Below are positions 10,282 through 20,146 of a stretch of 64,000 bases of DNA, piece after piece. The notes under the pieces were generated by a model. It was not told the origin of the DNA. It saw nothing but the letters and a program-made list of their open reading frames with translations, and did not search any database. The DNA is from Chlamydiia bacterium (lineage in GTDB: Bacteria > Chlamydiota > Chlamydiia > Chlamydiales > Rhabdochlamydiaceae): NCBI GenBank assembly GCA_963804085.1, contig CAWDOQ010000002.1:224001-288000 (forward strand). Reading direction: 5' to 3'. Position numbers and translations under genes: made by a program. Numbering within the stretch: the stretch's first letter is position 1; the number at the start of each line of letters is the position of its first letter.

Positions 10282-10506
10282 ATGGTAGACCCCATTTCGG
10301 GCATTAGAGCCCCTATACCTCATCGAGCTGCAGAAAATCCTGACCAAATTATTTTGGCCAAGCAGATGAAGATGCCCTTAGAAAGTTTTATCCAAGCCCT
10401 GCGCAACCAGAGTCCCGATCATTTCCGGGATCCGAGCTACTTACAGAAACTATCCGCCGATATCGCAGATCTGCATAACCTCGCTTCAAAAGCGCTCAAC
10501 CTCTAA
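10282..10506 (+). CDS. Small hypothetical protein
   Basis: ORF with a gagg RBS-like sequence, co-oriented downstream of folE. Confidence 0.55.
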   Translation: MVDPISGIRAPIPHRAAENPDQIILAKQMKMPLESFIQALRNQSPDHFRDPSYLQKLSADIADLHNLASKALNL

Positions 10507-10510
10507 ATCT

Positions 10511-10750
10511 ATGCTGAAAGAAAACCTAAAAGACGCAGGCGAAATCATTCAAAACATCCTCTCGCAACCCCTCTCCATCCCGGGCCTGCCAGAAAACATC
10601 ACACTCCTCAGCGCCGCACAAAACTATCGCTACGTCGACGGCGCCAGCTCCGACCTCTCCAAAGTGCTCCAGACCTTCCTAGACTACCCCGAGCCAACTC
10701 AAGTCCTCATCCGCGAGCTCGAGCTCATCTACCAAGACATCAACGTTTAA
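10511..10750 (+). CDS. Small hypothetical protein
   Basis: Starts 4 nt after the preceding ORF; plausible composition. Confidence 0.55.
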   Translation: MLKENLKDAGEIIQNILSQPLSIPGLPENITLLSAAQNYRYVDGASSDLSKVLQTFLDYPEPTQVLIRELELIYQDINV

Positions 10751-11211
10751 ACGGCGATCTGAAGATCCTCGGTAGCATTAATCTCAAGCGGCATACTCTT
10801 TTCAGGTCTCTTTTTTGATAGCTCTTCCAAACTGAGCTGGTTGTATAATTTACGAAATTCTTTGTCCTTTGCTTGCAAATGGTCGAAAGCGTAAAGGCGA
10901 ATACATAATTCTAGAGACGCACTTAATCTTCTCTTTCCATTTTCCCACTGAAGAACGGCAACATGGGTGACACCTAAAACTTTCCCAAAATCAGTTGTCG
11001 TCATACCGAAGAATTTGCGTATAAATTTCAGCTCTTGTTTTGTCAACGGGGTTGGTTTATTTACAAGGGCTCGCAGAACAACCAACTGGAGAGCGTTATA
11101 ATTGATATCCATAACCCATTCGCCAAGCATTTTTTTCATGGGAACATTGATGAGTTTTATGGGAAACCCGAGTGCATAAAACATCCTTGTTTCTCTTTTA
11201 TGTTTTTTCAT
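10747..11211 (-). CDS. XRE/HTH antitoxin-like regulator
   Basis: LKFIRKFFGMTTTDFGKVLGVTHVAVLQWE HTH; ATGA-coupled to the upstream gene. Confidence 0.8.
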   Translation of the reverse strand: MKKHKRETRMFYALGFPIKLINVPMKKMLGEWVMDINYNALQLVVLRALVNKPTPLTKQELKFIRKFFGMTTTDFGKVLGVTHVAVLQWENGKRRLSASLELCIRLYAFDHLQAKDKEFRKLYNQLSLEELSKKRPEKSMPLEINATEDLQIAV

Positions 11212-11540
11212 TTTTTCCTCTTTTTTCTCTTTAGTCTTCCATAAACAAAAGCCGTAACTATCATCATGATATCTTCAAACGCCACGATAACGCGCACATC
11301 TAAGCCATCTATTGTTTTCCCAGAAATTGCATAATTCCAGGACTGATGCTTCGTGCTAAATATCGTCTTGCTTTCATCATGCCTTCCATGAAGCAACACA
11401 TGTATTATGTCCCGCAGGTCTAGGTTGTCATTGACCAACTCTTCCAAGGCATGATCACTAAATTGGTATGCCTCATCACTAATATGCTTTTTGACAACCT
11501 TGAGGACATTTTCAATCCAATCAGATTCGCCTTTCGCCAC
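11208..11540 (-). CDS. DUF4258-like putative RNase toxin
   Basis: FSDHALE..., WNYAISGKTIDG..VRVIVAF..MMIVTA pattern; paired with an HTH gene. Confidence 0.75.
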   Translation of the reverse strand: MAKGESDWIENVLKVVKKHISDEAYQFSDHALEELVNDNLDLRDIIHVLLHGRHDESKTIFSTKHQSWNYAISGKTIDGLDVRVIVAFEDIMMIVTAFVYGRLKRKKRKK

Positions 11541-11817
11541 AATAATTCCATTTTTGCTGATTGTAACAAAGATACAATTTACAGGCCAAAGAAAATTCGT
11601 AAATCTTTTTTTTTATAAGCATGTTAAGTTTTAAAAAAGAAACGTTAAAAACAACGATTTCCATCAAACCCTGAACCGTTTACGCGCCACCAATCTTGCA
11701 CCACGAAGTGGTAACAAGCTGCGAAGCTGCTGAAATGGTTGGCCAAAACTGGACACAAAATTCGCGAAAATAAGTTAAGCTTTACCCCTATAAACAAAAA
11801 AATAGAGGGTAAACAAA

Positions 11818-12096
11818 ATGACACGCAAAAGGCACAGCGCAGAATTCAAGGCAAAGGTAGCTTTGGAGGCTGCCAAAGAAATCAAAACTCTGAATGAGTT
11901 GGCGTCTCAATACGAGGTGCATTCCGTTCAGATCTCCCAGTGGAAAAAGCAACTTCTAGAGAATATTGCTGAGGTGTTTATCACTCAGAAGAAGAATGTA
12001 AATCACACAAAAAAATTCGATGAACTCTATCGACAGATTGGTGAAGTGACAGTAGAACGGGATTGGCTTAAAAAAAAATTGGACCTTTTTCCGTAG
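11818..12096 (+). CDS. IS3 transposase OrfA (HTH)
   Basis: [16 protein letters not shown]...ISQWKKQL; A9 run at 12070-12078 near its end. Confidence 0.93.
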   Translation: MTRKRHSAEFKAKVALEAAKEIKTLNELASQYEVHSVQISQWKKQLLENIAEVFITQKKNVNHTKKFDELYRQIGEVTVERDWLKKKLDLFP

Positions 12097-12914
12097 ATGA
12101 GAAGAGATCCATTATTAGGCCTGGAGATCGGGATTTCACGATTGAGCGCCAATGCGATTTGGTTGGATTGCCGAGATCCACCTACTACTATGAGTCGTGT
12201 TCTGACGATGCGTTTAATCTGGCCATGATGAGAGAGATCGACCAGCTCTTTATGGCATGCCCCTTTTATGGCAAGAGGCGCATTAGCGCCGTCTTGAAGT
12301 CAATGGGACATGAGGTGGGTGTGGATTTAGCCAAGACCTTGATGAAGCGGATGGGAATTGAGGCCATTTATCCGAAGCCCAATTTGAGCAAGCCGTATCC
12401 CGGCCATAAGATCTATCCCTACCTGCTTAGAGGGATCGAAATTGAGCGGATAAATCAGGTTTGGAGCACGGACATTACCTACCTGCGAATGAGACATGGC
12501 TTTCTCTACCTGACAGCAGTAATCGATTGGTATAGCCGCTACGTCCTTGCGTGGAGGCTATCAAACTCACTGGACGGGATGTTTTGTAGAGAAGTGCTGC
12601 GAGCGGCGCTTAAGAGAGGAACGCCCGATATGTTTAACACAGATCAAGGCGCCCAGTATACGAGTATTGAATTTACGGGGATACTGCTGGAAGCTGGGGT
12701 AAAAATCAGCATGGACGGCCGAGGGCGAGCTCTGGACAATGTGTGGGTAGAACGCCTTTGGAGGACAGTTAAACAAGAAGAAGTTTACATCCGAGACTAC
12801 GTTGATGGGCTTGACGCGCACAGAAGTCTCGAGAAGTATTTTGGCTTTTACAACGAGGAGCGGCTGCACTCATCGCTTGGTTATGTCGCACCTGGGGTGA
12901 TTTACAGGAAGTGA
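12070..12914 (+). CDS. IS3 transposase OrfB (DDE), probably reached by a -1 frameshift
   Basis: [31 protein letters not shown]. Confidence 0.92.
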
Positions 12915-13315
12915 AAAACATGTCGGGGGCTACCGCCCCCCGCTCCCCCGCCGCCGCCCTTCGGTTGGACTCGGCAGACTTGTTTTTTAGTTTTTTTATG
13001 AGGGGGAGTCCCCCTCAAACTCCCCCAGCCTATCGGCATGGGTAAGACGAAATGGATGAGAAGAAAAAAGGTTGAAAAAGAGAAAGGGATGTTTTAGAGT
13101 AGAGCACTCTTTGGATGCTCAGTTAGAACCAAAGAAAATGAACGGGGTAAAGAGTTTAACTTAACTTTCGTTAAAACCTGTCCAGCCTAAGCCAACCACC
13201 TCAGCTGCGACAGGTGCTAGCCGGGAGTGACGAAGGAACCCCCGGTATGAACATCCCCAACAAAAAGAGCCACGCAAGTGGCGACACTTATGGGTAAACG
13301 TATGGGCGCAAAGAC

Positions 13316-14440
13316 TTAGACAGTCTTCAGCACTTCGAAGCCTTGGCTTTCAAGAAAGGGGATAATCCCTGTCTGATCATAGAGATGAGCAAAGCCACAA
13401 GCATAGAGGGCACGACTCTTGGGGTTGGTTGAAAGATCGCTCATGATCGTTTTGCAAAAAGCATCATTTCTCTCGATATCATCCGGGCTATTACACCCAA
13501 GAGGTTTGTCAGCTTTCCAGTGTTGCATGATTGTGGGAGCTAACTGAGACTTTATTGAATCAACAGGATGGAGCAGATTGCTATTGTCCATTTGTTTAGA
13601 AGCCAGTTTATCAATAGCACGCATGTGCATCTCGAAAGGCTCTAATCCGGATACTTTTTTTTGCATCCTTGCAAATTTTTCATAGAGACAACAGTCAAGC
13701 GTTCCATTTAGTTTTTCACAGAGCTGGGCATATTTTTTCAAACACTCAAGAAGTGCATCAAGAGGATTCATTTTTTCAAGCTGCTGAGAGAACGCTTCAA
13801 GCTCTTGACCTGTTATAGCTTCAGGATGAGCTGCAAAGATTTGGAGATATCGTTTCGCAGCAGCACTCAACTCTTTCGGATCAACGTCTGCGAGCTGCTT
13901 TTTCACAAGAGAAAGTTCTGCAGCTTTCACCTGTTCCATTTCCTTAACTTCAACAAAAAGGCGATCGCACTTCTTCAGAATCTTTTCCATTTTTTTATTG
14001 AGAAGCTCTTTCGAAGAGGCGTCTAACATATGGACGGTTCCGAGTAGATAGCCACGCACATTTCCCTTCTGATCACGGATCATGAAAAAATGGGGTAGTG
14101 GCTCATGCGGAGGATTTTTTTCTTTTTCTGCCAGACGCACAGTCATGCGATTCGCTACTGTCTGAAAAATATCGAGCATGCTTTGTGTACATTTATCGAC
14201 CGAAATACCGAGATTTGCATTATCCTGTTTTATCAATTCACATAGAGACATCAGAGAAGATGTCATGAATGCTTGATCCTCCTCTGTAGGCTCTACCTTT
14301 TCTGCCTGGGCAAGATCAAATTGCGCTTTTAATCGGCCATTCGCCACTTTTTCTGAAGCACTCTTAATAAGCTGGTCGTCGAGCACCTCTTGAGAAACAG
14401 CCGTTTTAGCCCCTAAAGGCCCTTGGATAAAATAAGACAT
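13316..14440 (-). CDS. TraB/GumN-family protein with N-terminal extension
   Basis: YLLGTVH, LFVE, GLE, ERN, ACGFAHL...GIIPFLESQGF. Confidence 0.75.
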   Translation of the reverse strand: MSYFIQGPLGAKTAVSQEVLDDQLIKSASEKVANGRLKAQFDLAQAEKVEPTEEDQAFMTSSLMSLCELIKQDNANLGISVDKCTQSMLDIFQTVANRMTVRLAEKEKNPPHEPLPHFFMIRDQKGNVRGYLLGTVHMLDASSKELLNKKMEKILKKCDRLFVEVKEMEQVKAAELSLVKKQLADVDPKELSAAAKRYLQIFAAHPEAITGQELEAFSQQLEKMNPLDALLECLKKYAQLCEKLNGTLDCCLYEKFARMQKKVSGLEPFEMHMRAIDKLASKQMDNSNLLHPVDSIKSQLAPTIMQHWKADKPLGCNSPDDIERNDAFCKTIMSDLSTNPKSRALYACGFAHLYDQTGIIPFLESQGFEVLKTV

Positions 14441-14619
14441 AAAACCTACGTTAGTAAAATTAATAGTTAATTATACAACGTTTATATAAACTTTACAATT
14501 TAAATTATTAATATATTAAGTAATTTAATGTTATTATAGTTAGTATATTCAAATTATTTATTGATAGCAGAAAGCCAGCAGTAAAGCTAGTTAACGTCGA
14601 AACCTTAAAGCAAAAGCTC

Positions 14620-14657
14620 ATTGAACCTCCTGCGCCTTTAGGCGTGAGAGGTTCAAT
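14620..14657. repeat. Hairpin resembling an IS200/IS605-family element end
   Basis: attgaacctc-ctgcgcctttaggcgtga-gaggttcaat. Confidence 0.5.
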
Positions 14658-14771
14658 TGAAGAAAAGCTCCTTAACCACTAAGACTGTTAGTAGATACGG
14701 AAACACGTCCATGATTTTAAAATTTGTAATGGACTCAAATGTACCTTATTTGGTACTTTTCGTGGATTAAG

Positions 14772-15053
14772 ATGAAAAAGCATAAAAGCATTGGATCTGA
14801 CTTTGAGGAGTGGCTAGACGAAGAAGGCATTCTCGAAGAAGTCGAAATTGCTGCTACTAAAAAGGCATTTGTAATCCAACTTCAAGCTGAAATGAAGAAA
14901 AAAAAGATAGGCAAATCTCGTCTTGCAAAAATGATGAAAACTAGCAGAACTGCAATAGAAAGATTACTGGATCCATGTCAGCCTTCTAATTTGGCTACGT
15001 TGATAGAGGCCGCTCTGGCCATGGGCAAAAGATTGAAACTTTCAATAGTTTAA
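14772..15053 (+). CDS. Orphan XRE-family antitoxin-like protein
   Basis: IGSDFEEWLDEEGILEEV...SRLAKMMKTSRTAIERLLDP; no adjacent toxin. Confidence 0.8.
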   Translation: MKKHKSIGSDFEEWLDEEGILEEVEIAATKKAFVIQLQAEMKKKKIGKSRLAKMMKTSRTAIERLLDPCQPSNLATLIEAALAMGKRLKLSIV

Positions 15054-15104
15054 AAGATCTCATTTTTAAAGGAAGAGCATTAGCTGCTTCACTAAGAAAA
15101 ATTT

Positions 15105-15257
15105 ATGAGAAACCGCAAAAGCAAATATAGAGACGAACCGATCGGGAAGATTAAAATCGTGGATGATTTTTTGCCTAAACCCAAAGACTTGGTTTTGAAA
15201 GAAGAAACGCTAAAAGAGCTACCTTTCTTAAAGCGTTTTTTCAAATTCTTTGCCTAA
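15105..15257 (+). pseudogene. Truncated CopG/BrnA-like antitoxin fragment
   Basis: Manual translation MRNRKSKYRDEPIGKIKIVDDFLPKPKDLVLKEET; the expected DNA-binding C-terminus is missing. Confidence 0.55.
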
Positions 15258-15283
15258 GCTCTTCGCGGTGCAGGCACTCTCTC

Positions 15284-16255
15284 TTAAACCATCACAGAGG
15301 TACCTAAGAACGATCGATGTTGCATGTGATGGTGCGAATGACGTGAATCCTCTTGCGATGCCCTCGCAGCTTGGCCTTGAGCATTGACTACAAAAACCAC
15401 TGGTTGTTCTGTAGCTTGCCTTTGACGATTGGCAGCAGCGAATTCGCGGACATTCTGAGCAAGAGTTGCGTTTGATGCTTCGAATTGTGCTTGCGCATCT
15501 TTTTGTGCGCGCTGCGTCTCGCGCAACTCTCGACATGCTTCTTGCACCTCTTGGCGCGCTTTTGTTAAAGCCTCGCTTTCGCTTCTGAGCTGTTCGCGAA
15601 CAGTTGCCGCTTCTACTTTTAAGGCGATGAACTCTTTGTACTGGTCCCTTAACATGCCTTGGCTATTTTCGATGAATGATTGAAGATTCATAGAGGTGGC
15701 TTCAAGAACTCTATTATTGGCTGCAAAAGTGGAGTTGCTAGCATGCAGGGTTTCATTTTCCTGCATAAATCTTTGGACTTGCGCTTTTAACTGAAGAACT
15801 TCTGCTCCTAAATCTTCGACTCGCCCCTTTAATTTGCCATTCTCCGAAGAGAACTCCTCGACTCGTCCTTTTAACTTACTATTTTGTTCGGAAAATTCCT
15901 GGACATGTCCTTTTAATTTTCCATTCTCGGATGAAAACTCTTTGACTTGAGTTTCTAATTTCACTCTCTCTGCAGTTAATGCTTGTATTTCTTTTCTTAA
16001 ACTTTTGAGATCCCGGCTTCTATGGAGGAGACCTGCGGATCCAAACTCCAGTAAAGCAGTTAGAGGGTTTTGAGCAAACAATGAGACGGCTCCTTTAACA
16101 ATATTTGCGCCTGTTACCCCGTTGTACACGACCCCTTCACAGGTGTCCGCCAAGGAGACAGGGTCCGTTTCCTTCTTTTGCGCATCTTGCAAAAAATACA
16201 CCAGGCTATCCAAACGTTTAGAGTCGGCTTTCATGGCATCGAAAGATATAGACAT
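15284..16255 (-). CDS. Coiled-coil hypothetical protein with 14-aa repeats (effector-like)
   Basis: V[KQE]EFSxxNxKLKGx repeated three times; heptad-rich. Confidence 0.7.
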   Translation of the reverse strand: MSISFDAMKADSKRLDSLVYFLQDAQKKETDPVSLADTCEGVVYNGVTGANIVKGAVSLFAQNPLTALLEFGSAGLLHRSRDLKSLRKEIQALTAERVKLETQVKEFSSENGKLKGHVQEFSEQNSKLKGRVEEFSSENGKLKGRVEDLGAEVLQLKAQVQRFMQENETLHASNSTFAANNRVLEATSMNLQSFIENSQGMLRDQYKEFIALKVEAATVREQLRSESEALTKARQEVQEACRELRETQRAQKDAQAQFEASNATLAQNVREFAAANRQRQATEQPVVFVVNAQGQAARASQEDSRHSHHHMQHRSFLGTSVMV

Positions 16256-16347
16256 TGCACACCTCCTGTTAGTTTAAGTGAAAATTTTAGAACCAACAAA
16301 ATTTTTTGTAAATCGATATCTGTAAAGCGAACTTTGGATCCGCTTCT

Positions 16348-16680
16348 TCAGTGCAATTTTTGGCCGTTGGGGACTTCCTGATCTGGTCCTACCAAAACAA
16401 TGGCATTGGATTCATTGGACAACCCTAGAACCAGCACTTCTGACATAAAAGAGCCAATCTGCTTTGGTGGAAAGTTGACTACGGCTAAAACTTGTTTCCC
16501 GATTAAGTTCTCTTTTGTGTAGAGGTGCGTTATTTGCGCAGATGTCTTCTTCATCCCAAGTTGAGGTCCAAAATCAATAACCAGCTTGAGCGCAGGTTTT
16601 TTTGCAGCAGGAAACTCTTCCACATTTATTATCGTGCCAACACGAATATCCACTTTTAGAAAGTCTTCGTATGCAATCAT
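16348..16680 (-). CDS. csaA: CsaA / tRNA-binding OB-fold protein
   Basis: DFLKVDIRVGTI, SAQIT, VVNFPPKQIG..MSEVLVLG. Confidence 0.9.
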   Translation of the reverse strand: MIAYEDFLKVDIRVGTIINVEEFPAAKKPALKLVIDFGPQLGMKKTSAQITHLYTKENLIGKQVLAVVNFPPKQIGSFMSEVLVLGLSNESNAIVLVGPDQEVPNGQKLH

Positions 16681-16777
16681 TTACATCTCCAGGCTCTGCG
16701 GTTTATGCAAGAAAAAGTTCAATTGTATCTGAAAGCTTAGTATAAATGTACAAAGCTACAGTTTTTTGAGTTGCCCT

Positions 16778-17494
16778 ATGTCTGTGAAAATTACGATTCT
16801 CTACGACAATCGATGTGATGATCGCTCCTTGCAAGAGGGATGGGGATTTTCTGCTCTGATAGAGCACGATAGGTCCAAGATCCTTTTTGATACAGGTGGC
16901 GATCCCGCCTCTTTTTTCTCAAATGCAGAAAGAATGCAGCTTTCCTTAAGTGAAATCACACATCTTGTCTTTTCCCATAGACACTGGGACCATATTGCTG
17001 GTTTTAAGGAGATCGCAAAAAAGGTGGGCAAAGAGACCTCTCTTTATGTGCCTAAGACATTTCCCTGGCTTCTATTAAAAAGTGGCTCCGCTCACTTTGC
17101 AAAAGCAAAGATCGTGCGGTCGTTCGAAGAAATTGCTCCAAATGTCTATGCTTTGGTCCTTAGAGGCGGGTTTTGGCTTTATGAACTCTCTCTGGTCATT
17201 AGAACACCCAAGGGTCTCGGGATTATCACAGGATGCGCACATCCGGGAATCATTCATATTCTAAAAAAGGCACAAGAACATCTTCAATCTGATATCGACT
17301 TTGTATTAGGAGGTTTTCATCTCCTCTTCAGCCCAGCCAACACATGCCTAGATATTGTGAAACAACTTCAAGCGCTCAACGTCCAAAAAGTGGCCCCCTG
17401 TCATTGCTCCGGAGATCATCTCATCCGCATGCTGCAAGATGCCTACGGCTCTAATTTTTCCAAGGTCGGAACAGGCACAGTGCTCACTTTTTGA
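16778..17494 (+). CDS. Metallo-beta-lactamase-fold hydrolase
   Basis: ILFDTG, SHRHWDHIAG, TGCAHPG, GGFHL, PCHCSG. Confidence 0.9.
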   Translation: MSVKITILYDNRCDDRSLQEGWGFSALIEHDRSKILFDTGGDPASFFSNAERMQLSLSEITHLVFSHRHWDHIAGFKEIAKKVGKETSLYVPKTFPWLLLKSGSAHFAKAKIVRSFEEIAPNVYALVLRGGFWLYELSLVIRTPKGLGIITGCAHPGIIHILKKAQEHLQSDIDFVLGGFHLLFSPANTCLDIVKQLQALNVQKVAPCHCSGDHLIRMLQDAYGSNFSKVGTGTVLTF

Positions 17495-17534
17495 TTATGA
17501 TTTCATTGCCTGTAATGCTATTATTGGTGGTTTA

Positions 17535-18464
17535 ATGAGAAGTGCATTTTTCATGTTTGTTCTTTGCGCTATCTGCTACCCATTTGTACAAGGACGATCA
17601 GAAATGGCTAACAGTGGAATCATAGAGAGCGAAAGATTTGCTCTTGGCTATTGCATAGAAGGAACAGGGCCGAATACGCTAGTTATTGGTAGTTCCATTT
17701 ACTATCCTCGGGTCTTTTCAGAAAATCTTCGCAAGCATCTACGTCTTATTTTCACCGACATGAGAGCTTTTGCTCCCCCGCATGATTCGGAAAGCCCTTT
17801 GACATTTGGATTAGATCTGCTTTTAGAAGATGTGGAAAATATACGACAAAAACTCAATCTTGGCCGCGTTATCATCGTGGGCCATTCCGGAAATGCATTT
17901 CTTGCGCTCGAATATGCAAAAAAATACCCAGAACATGTCTCTCATGTCGTTATGATTGCCACTGCGCCAGATTTCAGCCCTAAGAGTAAAGAAGCTGCTG
18001 ATCAATATTGGCAAGAGTCGGCATCAAAGAATAGAAAAGCCGCCTTTGAAAGAAGTTTGGAGCTGTGCCCTAATTCACAGTATGAGCAGATTCCTTTGAG
18101 TAAACGTTTCATTTGGAACTATATTCGCCACTCCGCCCAGATTTGGTATGATTTCAACTTTGATGCAACCCCGTTATGGAAAGGGGTGCATGTGAATATG
18201 CCTATCTTTGAATACGTTTGGGGCACTCTTTTTGCAGATATTGAGATCACCAAAGGCTTGGAAACTTTCGACAAGCCTGTATTTTTGGCTCTGGGACGCT
18301 ATGACTTCATCATAGCACCACCCGTTGCATGGGATCCCATGCGTTCAAATTTTAAGTCTTTAACCATCAAAGTATTTGAACGAAGCGGTCATACCCCGCA
18401 ATATGAAGAGCCTGCTCTTTTCGATGTAGAATTATTGAACTGGTTGAAGAAAACAACGTCATAA
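17535..18464 (+). CDS. Alpha/beta hydrolase (proline iminopeptidase-like)
   Basis: GHSG nucleophile elbow, GRYD, SGHTPQYEE. Confidence 0.88.
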   Translation: MRSAFFMFVLCAICYPFVQGRSEMANSGIIESERFALGYCIEGTGPNTLVIGSSIYYPRVFSENLRKHLRLIFTDMRAFAPPHDSESPLTFGLDLLLEDVENIRQKLNLGRVIIVGHSGNAFLALEYAKKYPEHVSHVVMIATAPDFSPKSKEAADQYWQESASKNRKAAFERSLELCPNSQYEQIPLSKRFIWNYIRHSAQIWYDFNFDATPLWKGVHVNMPIFEYVWGTLFADIEITKGLETFDKPVFLALGRYDFIIAPPVAWDPMRSNFKSLTIKVFERSGHTPQYEEPALFDVELLNWLKKTTS

Positions 18465-18531
18465 GGGCTAACTTGTTGGGTTGTTCAAAAGACGACTTTT
18501 GATTAAAATCATCTTTTTTCTCAGGAGATTT

Positions 18532-19056
18532 ATGAAGCTGATCATTTTAGAAAAGCCTGAAATCCGACTCGTTGGTATTTGTGTGCGCACAAATAACAAG
18601 TATGAGGTTAACAAAATGGACGGGAAGATTTTTCCGCTGGTGAAAAAATATCATCATGAAGCGCTTGCCGAGAAAATCTTGCACAGAAAAAATCCTGGGA
18701 CAACGCTGTGCGCATATACCGATTACGAAAGCGATGAACATGGAGACTACACCTACTTTATCGGCGAAGAGGTGGCCTTTTTCGATGAAAAGCTGCCTAA
18801 AGATTTTCAAACTCTCATCATCCCAAGACAAACCTATGCAAGGTTTACAACAGATCCTGCGCCCATGCCAAATGTCTTGCTTAATGTCTGGAACATAGTT
18901 TGGAAAAGCTCTACGCAAGATTTAGGAGGCAAGCGCACCTATGTGGCCGATTTCGAGCTCTATGACGAGAGAGCAGCAGATCACCAAAACATCGTTTTGG
19001 ATCTTTATATCGCCATCCAACCAAATGCGTCTTTAAAACATGCCGCTATGAAGTAA
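18532..19056 (+). CDS. GyrI-like small-molecule-binding protein
   Basis: LVGICVRTNN, YTDYESD..GDYTYFIG, ADFELYDER; aggag RBS. Confidence 0.88.
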   Translation: MKLIILEKPEIRLVGICVRTNNKYEVNKMDGKIFPLVKKYHHEALAEKILHRKNPGTTLCAYTDYESDEHGDYTYFIGEEVAFFDEKLPKDFQTLIIPRQTYARFTTDPAPMPNVLLNVWNIVWKSSTQDLGGKRTYVADFELYDERAADHQNIVLDLYIAIQPNASLKHAAMK

Positions 19057-19062
19057 CAGTAA

Positions 19063-19585
19063 ATGAAACATTTCTTAGTAGCCCTAGCGATTATCCTACT
19101 CAATTGTGCCGCCCCAAGAAGAGCGCTCTGACTTGCCTATCGCATGTTACCGAAGTATCATCGATCCTGATCCTAACGTACATATGGCCATGGCCCGAGC
19201 GATCATGGAGTATCAACTCACAACTTCGATTCCTCCCCTAAGTCCTTCTTCCATAAAAGCGATATTGCAAAACGATCGCTTCAATCTGAGCTTCATCCGT
19301 GCTTTTTTGCATTACGCATACAATCTTTGCTTTTTACAACCCGATCAGCTGCTCTCTCAAATAGAGAATATCTCTCATCTTCCCGCGATCCTAGTCCATG
19401 GATCTTGCGATACTGTTTGTTTTCCCGAGCAAGCGCATTTACTCCATCAAAAGTGGAGCAACAGCCAACTCTGGATAATCGAGGGAGCCGGTCACTCCTC
19501 TGAAGAACCAGCAATCGGATCTGCATTAGTTCAAGCCACAGACGCCTTCTTAAAAAGTTTAAAAAATGAAGATTATGAGCAGTAA
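19063..19585 (+). pseudogene. Internally deleted proline iminopeptidase-like gene
   Basis: Signal-like start MKHFLVALAIILLNC is out of frame with a C-terminal fragment (ILVHGSCDTVC, GAGHSS.EP); the nucleophile region is absent. Confidence 0.7.
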
Positions 19586-20090
19586 GTCAAATAGCTCCAA
19601 AACAGATTTGCGCTTCTTGCATGCTAAATCATCCCAAAGAGAGATGATCCACAGCTGGTTTATGCAAGATCACATCAAAGCCTGGCTTCACGGAGTGGGG
19701 CTTCAGAATACTTTAAATGGCCTGGATAAGTTTTTTAAAGGTGCTGGCAGCACTACCTACTGGATCGCTTACGACAAAGAGACGCCTTTTGCTTTTCTGA
19801 TCACTTCTCCCGAAGGAGAAGATGCCATCACTTTAGACCTGTTTATCTGTGATTTAACCTATTTGGGAAAAGGACTTGCAGTGCCGATGATTCGAGAATT
19901 TTTAGTCAGTCAATTTCCCAATACAAAGCGGGTTTTAATAGATCCAGAAGCCACAAATACACGTGCCATCCACGTCTACCAAAAAATCGGATTCAAAATC
20001 ATTGGAGAGTTCATCGCCAGCTGGCACCCCGTGCCCCATTACCAAATGGAGCTGTTCATGCGAGATATGCTTGCAAAAATGAAATTTTGA
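19566..20090 (+). CDS. GNAT acetyltransferase (AAC(6')-like fold)
   Basis: LDLFI...YLGKGLA, IDPEATNTRAIHVYQKIGF. Confidence 0.85.
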   Translation: MKIMSSKSNSSKTDLRFLHAKSSQREMIHSWFMQDHIKAWLHGVGLQNTLNGLDKFFKGAGSTTYWIAYDKETPFAFLITSPEGEDAITLDLFICDLTYLGKGLAVPMIREFLVSQFPNTKRVLIDPEATNTRAIHVYQKIGFKIIGEFIASWHPVPHYQMELFMRDMLAKMKF

Positions 20091-20146
20091 AAATCATTGA
20101 AAAAGCGATTATAGCCTGGTACCATTTCTAGTTAAAAAGGAAGTTT

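Larger units (their letters stand above)
11731..13203 (+). mobile_element. IS3-family insertion sequence (1473 bp) with 5-bp target duplication GCTGC
   Basis: TG...CA ends with imperfect IRs (tgaaatggttggccaaaactggaca versus revcomp tgaggtggttggcttaggctggaca); gctgc at 11726-11730 and 13204-13208; orfA/orfB. Confidence 0.93.

Noticed and set aside
16778-17494. True metallo-beta-lactamase resistance gene
   Set aside because: There is no signal peptide, and the motifs (GCAHPG, GGFHL, PCHC) match a non-lactamase MBL-fold subfamily.
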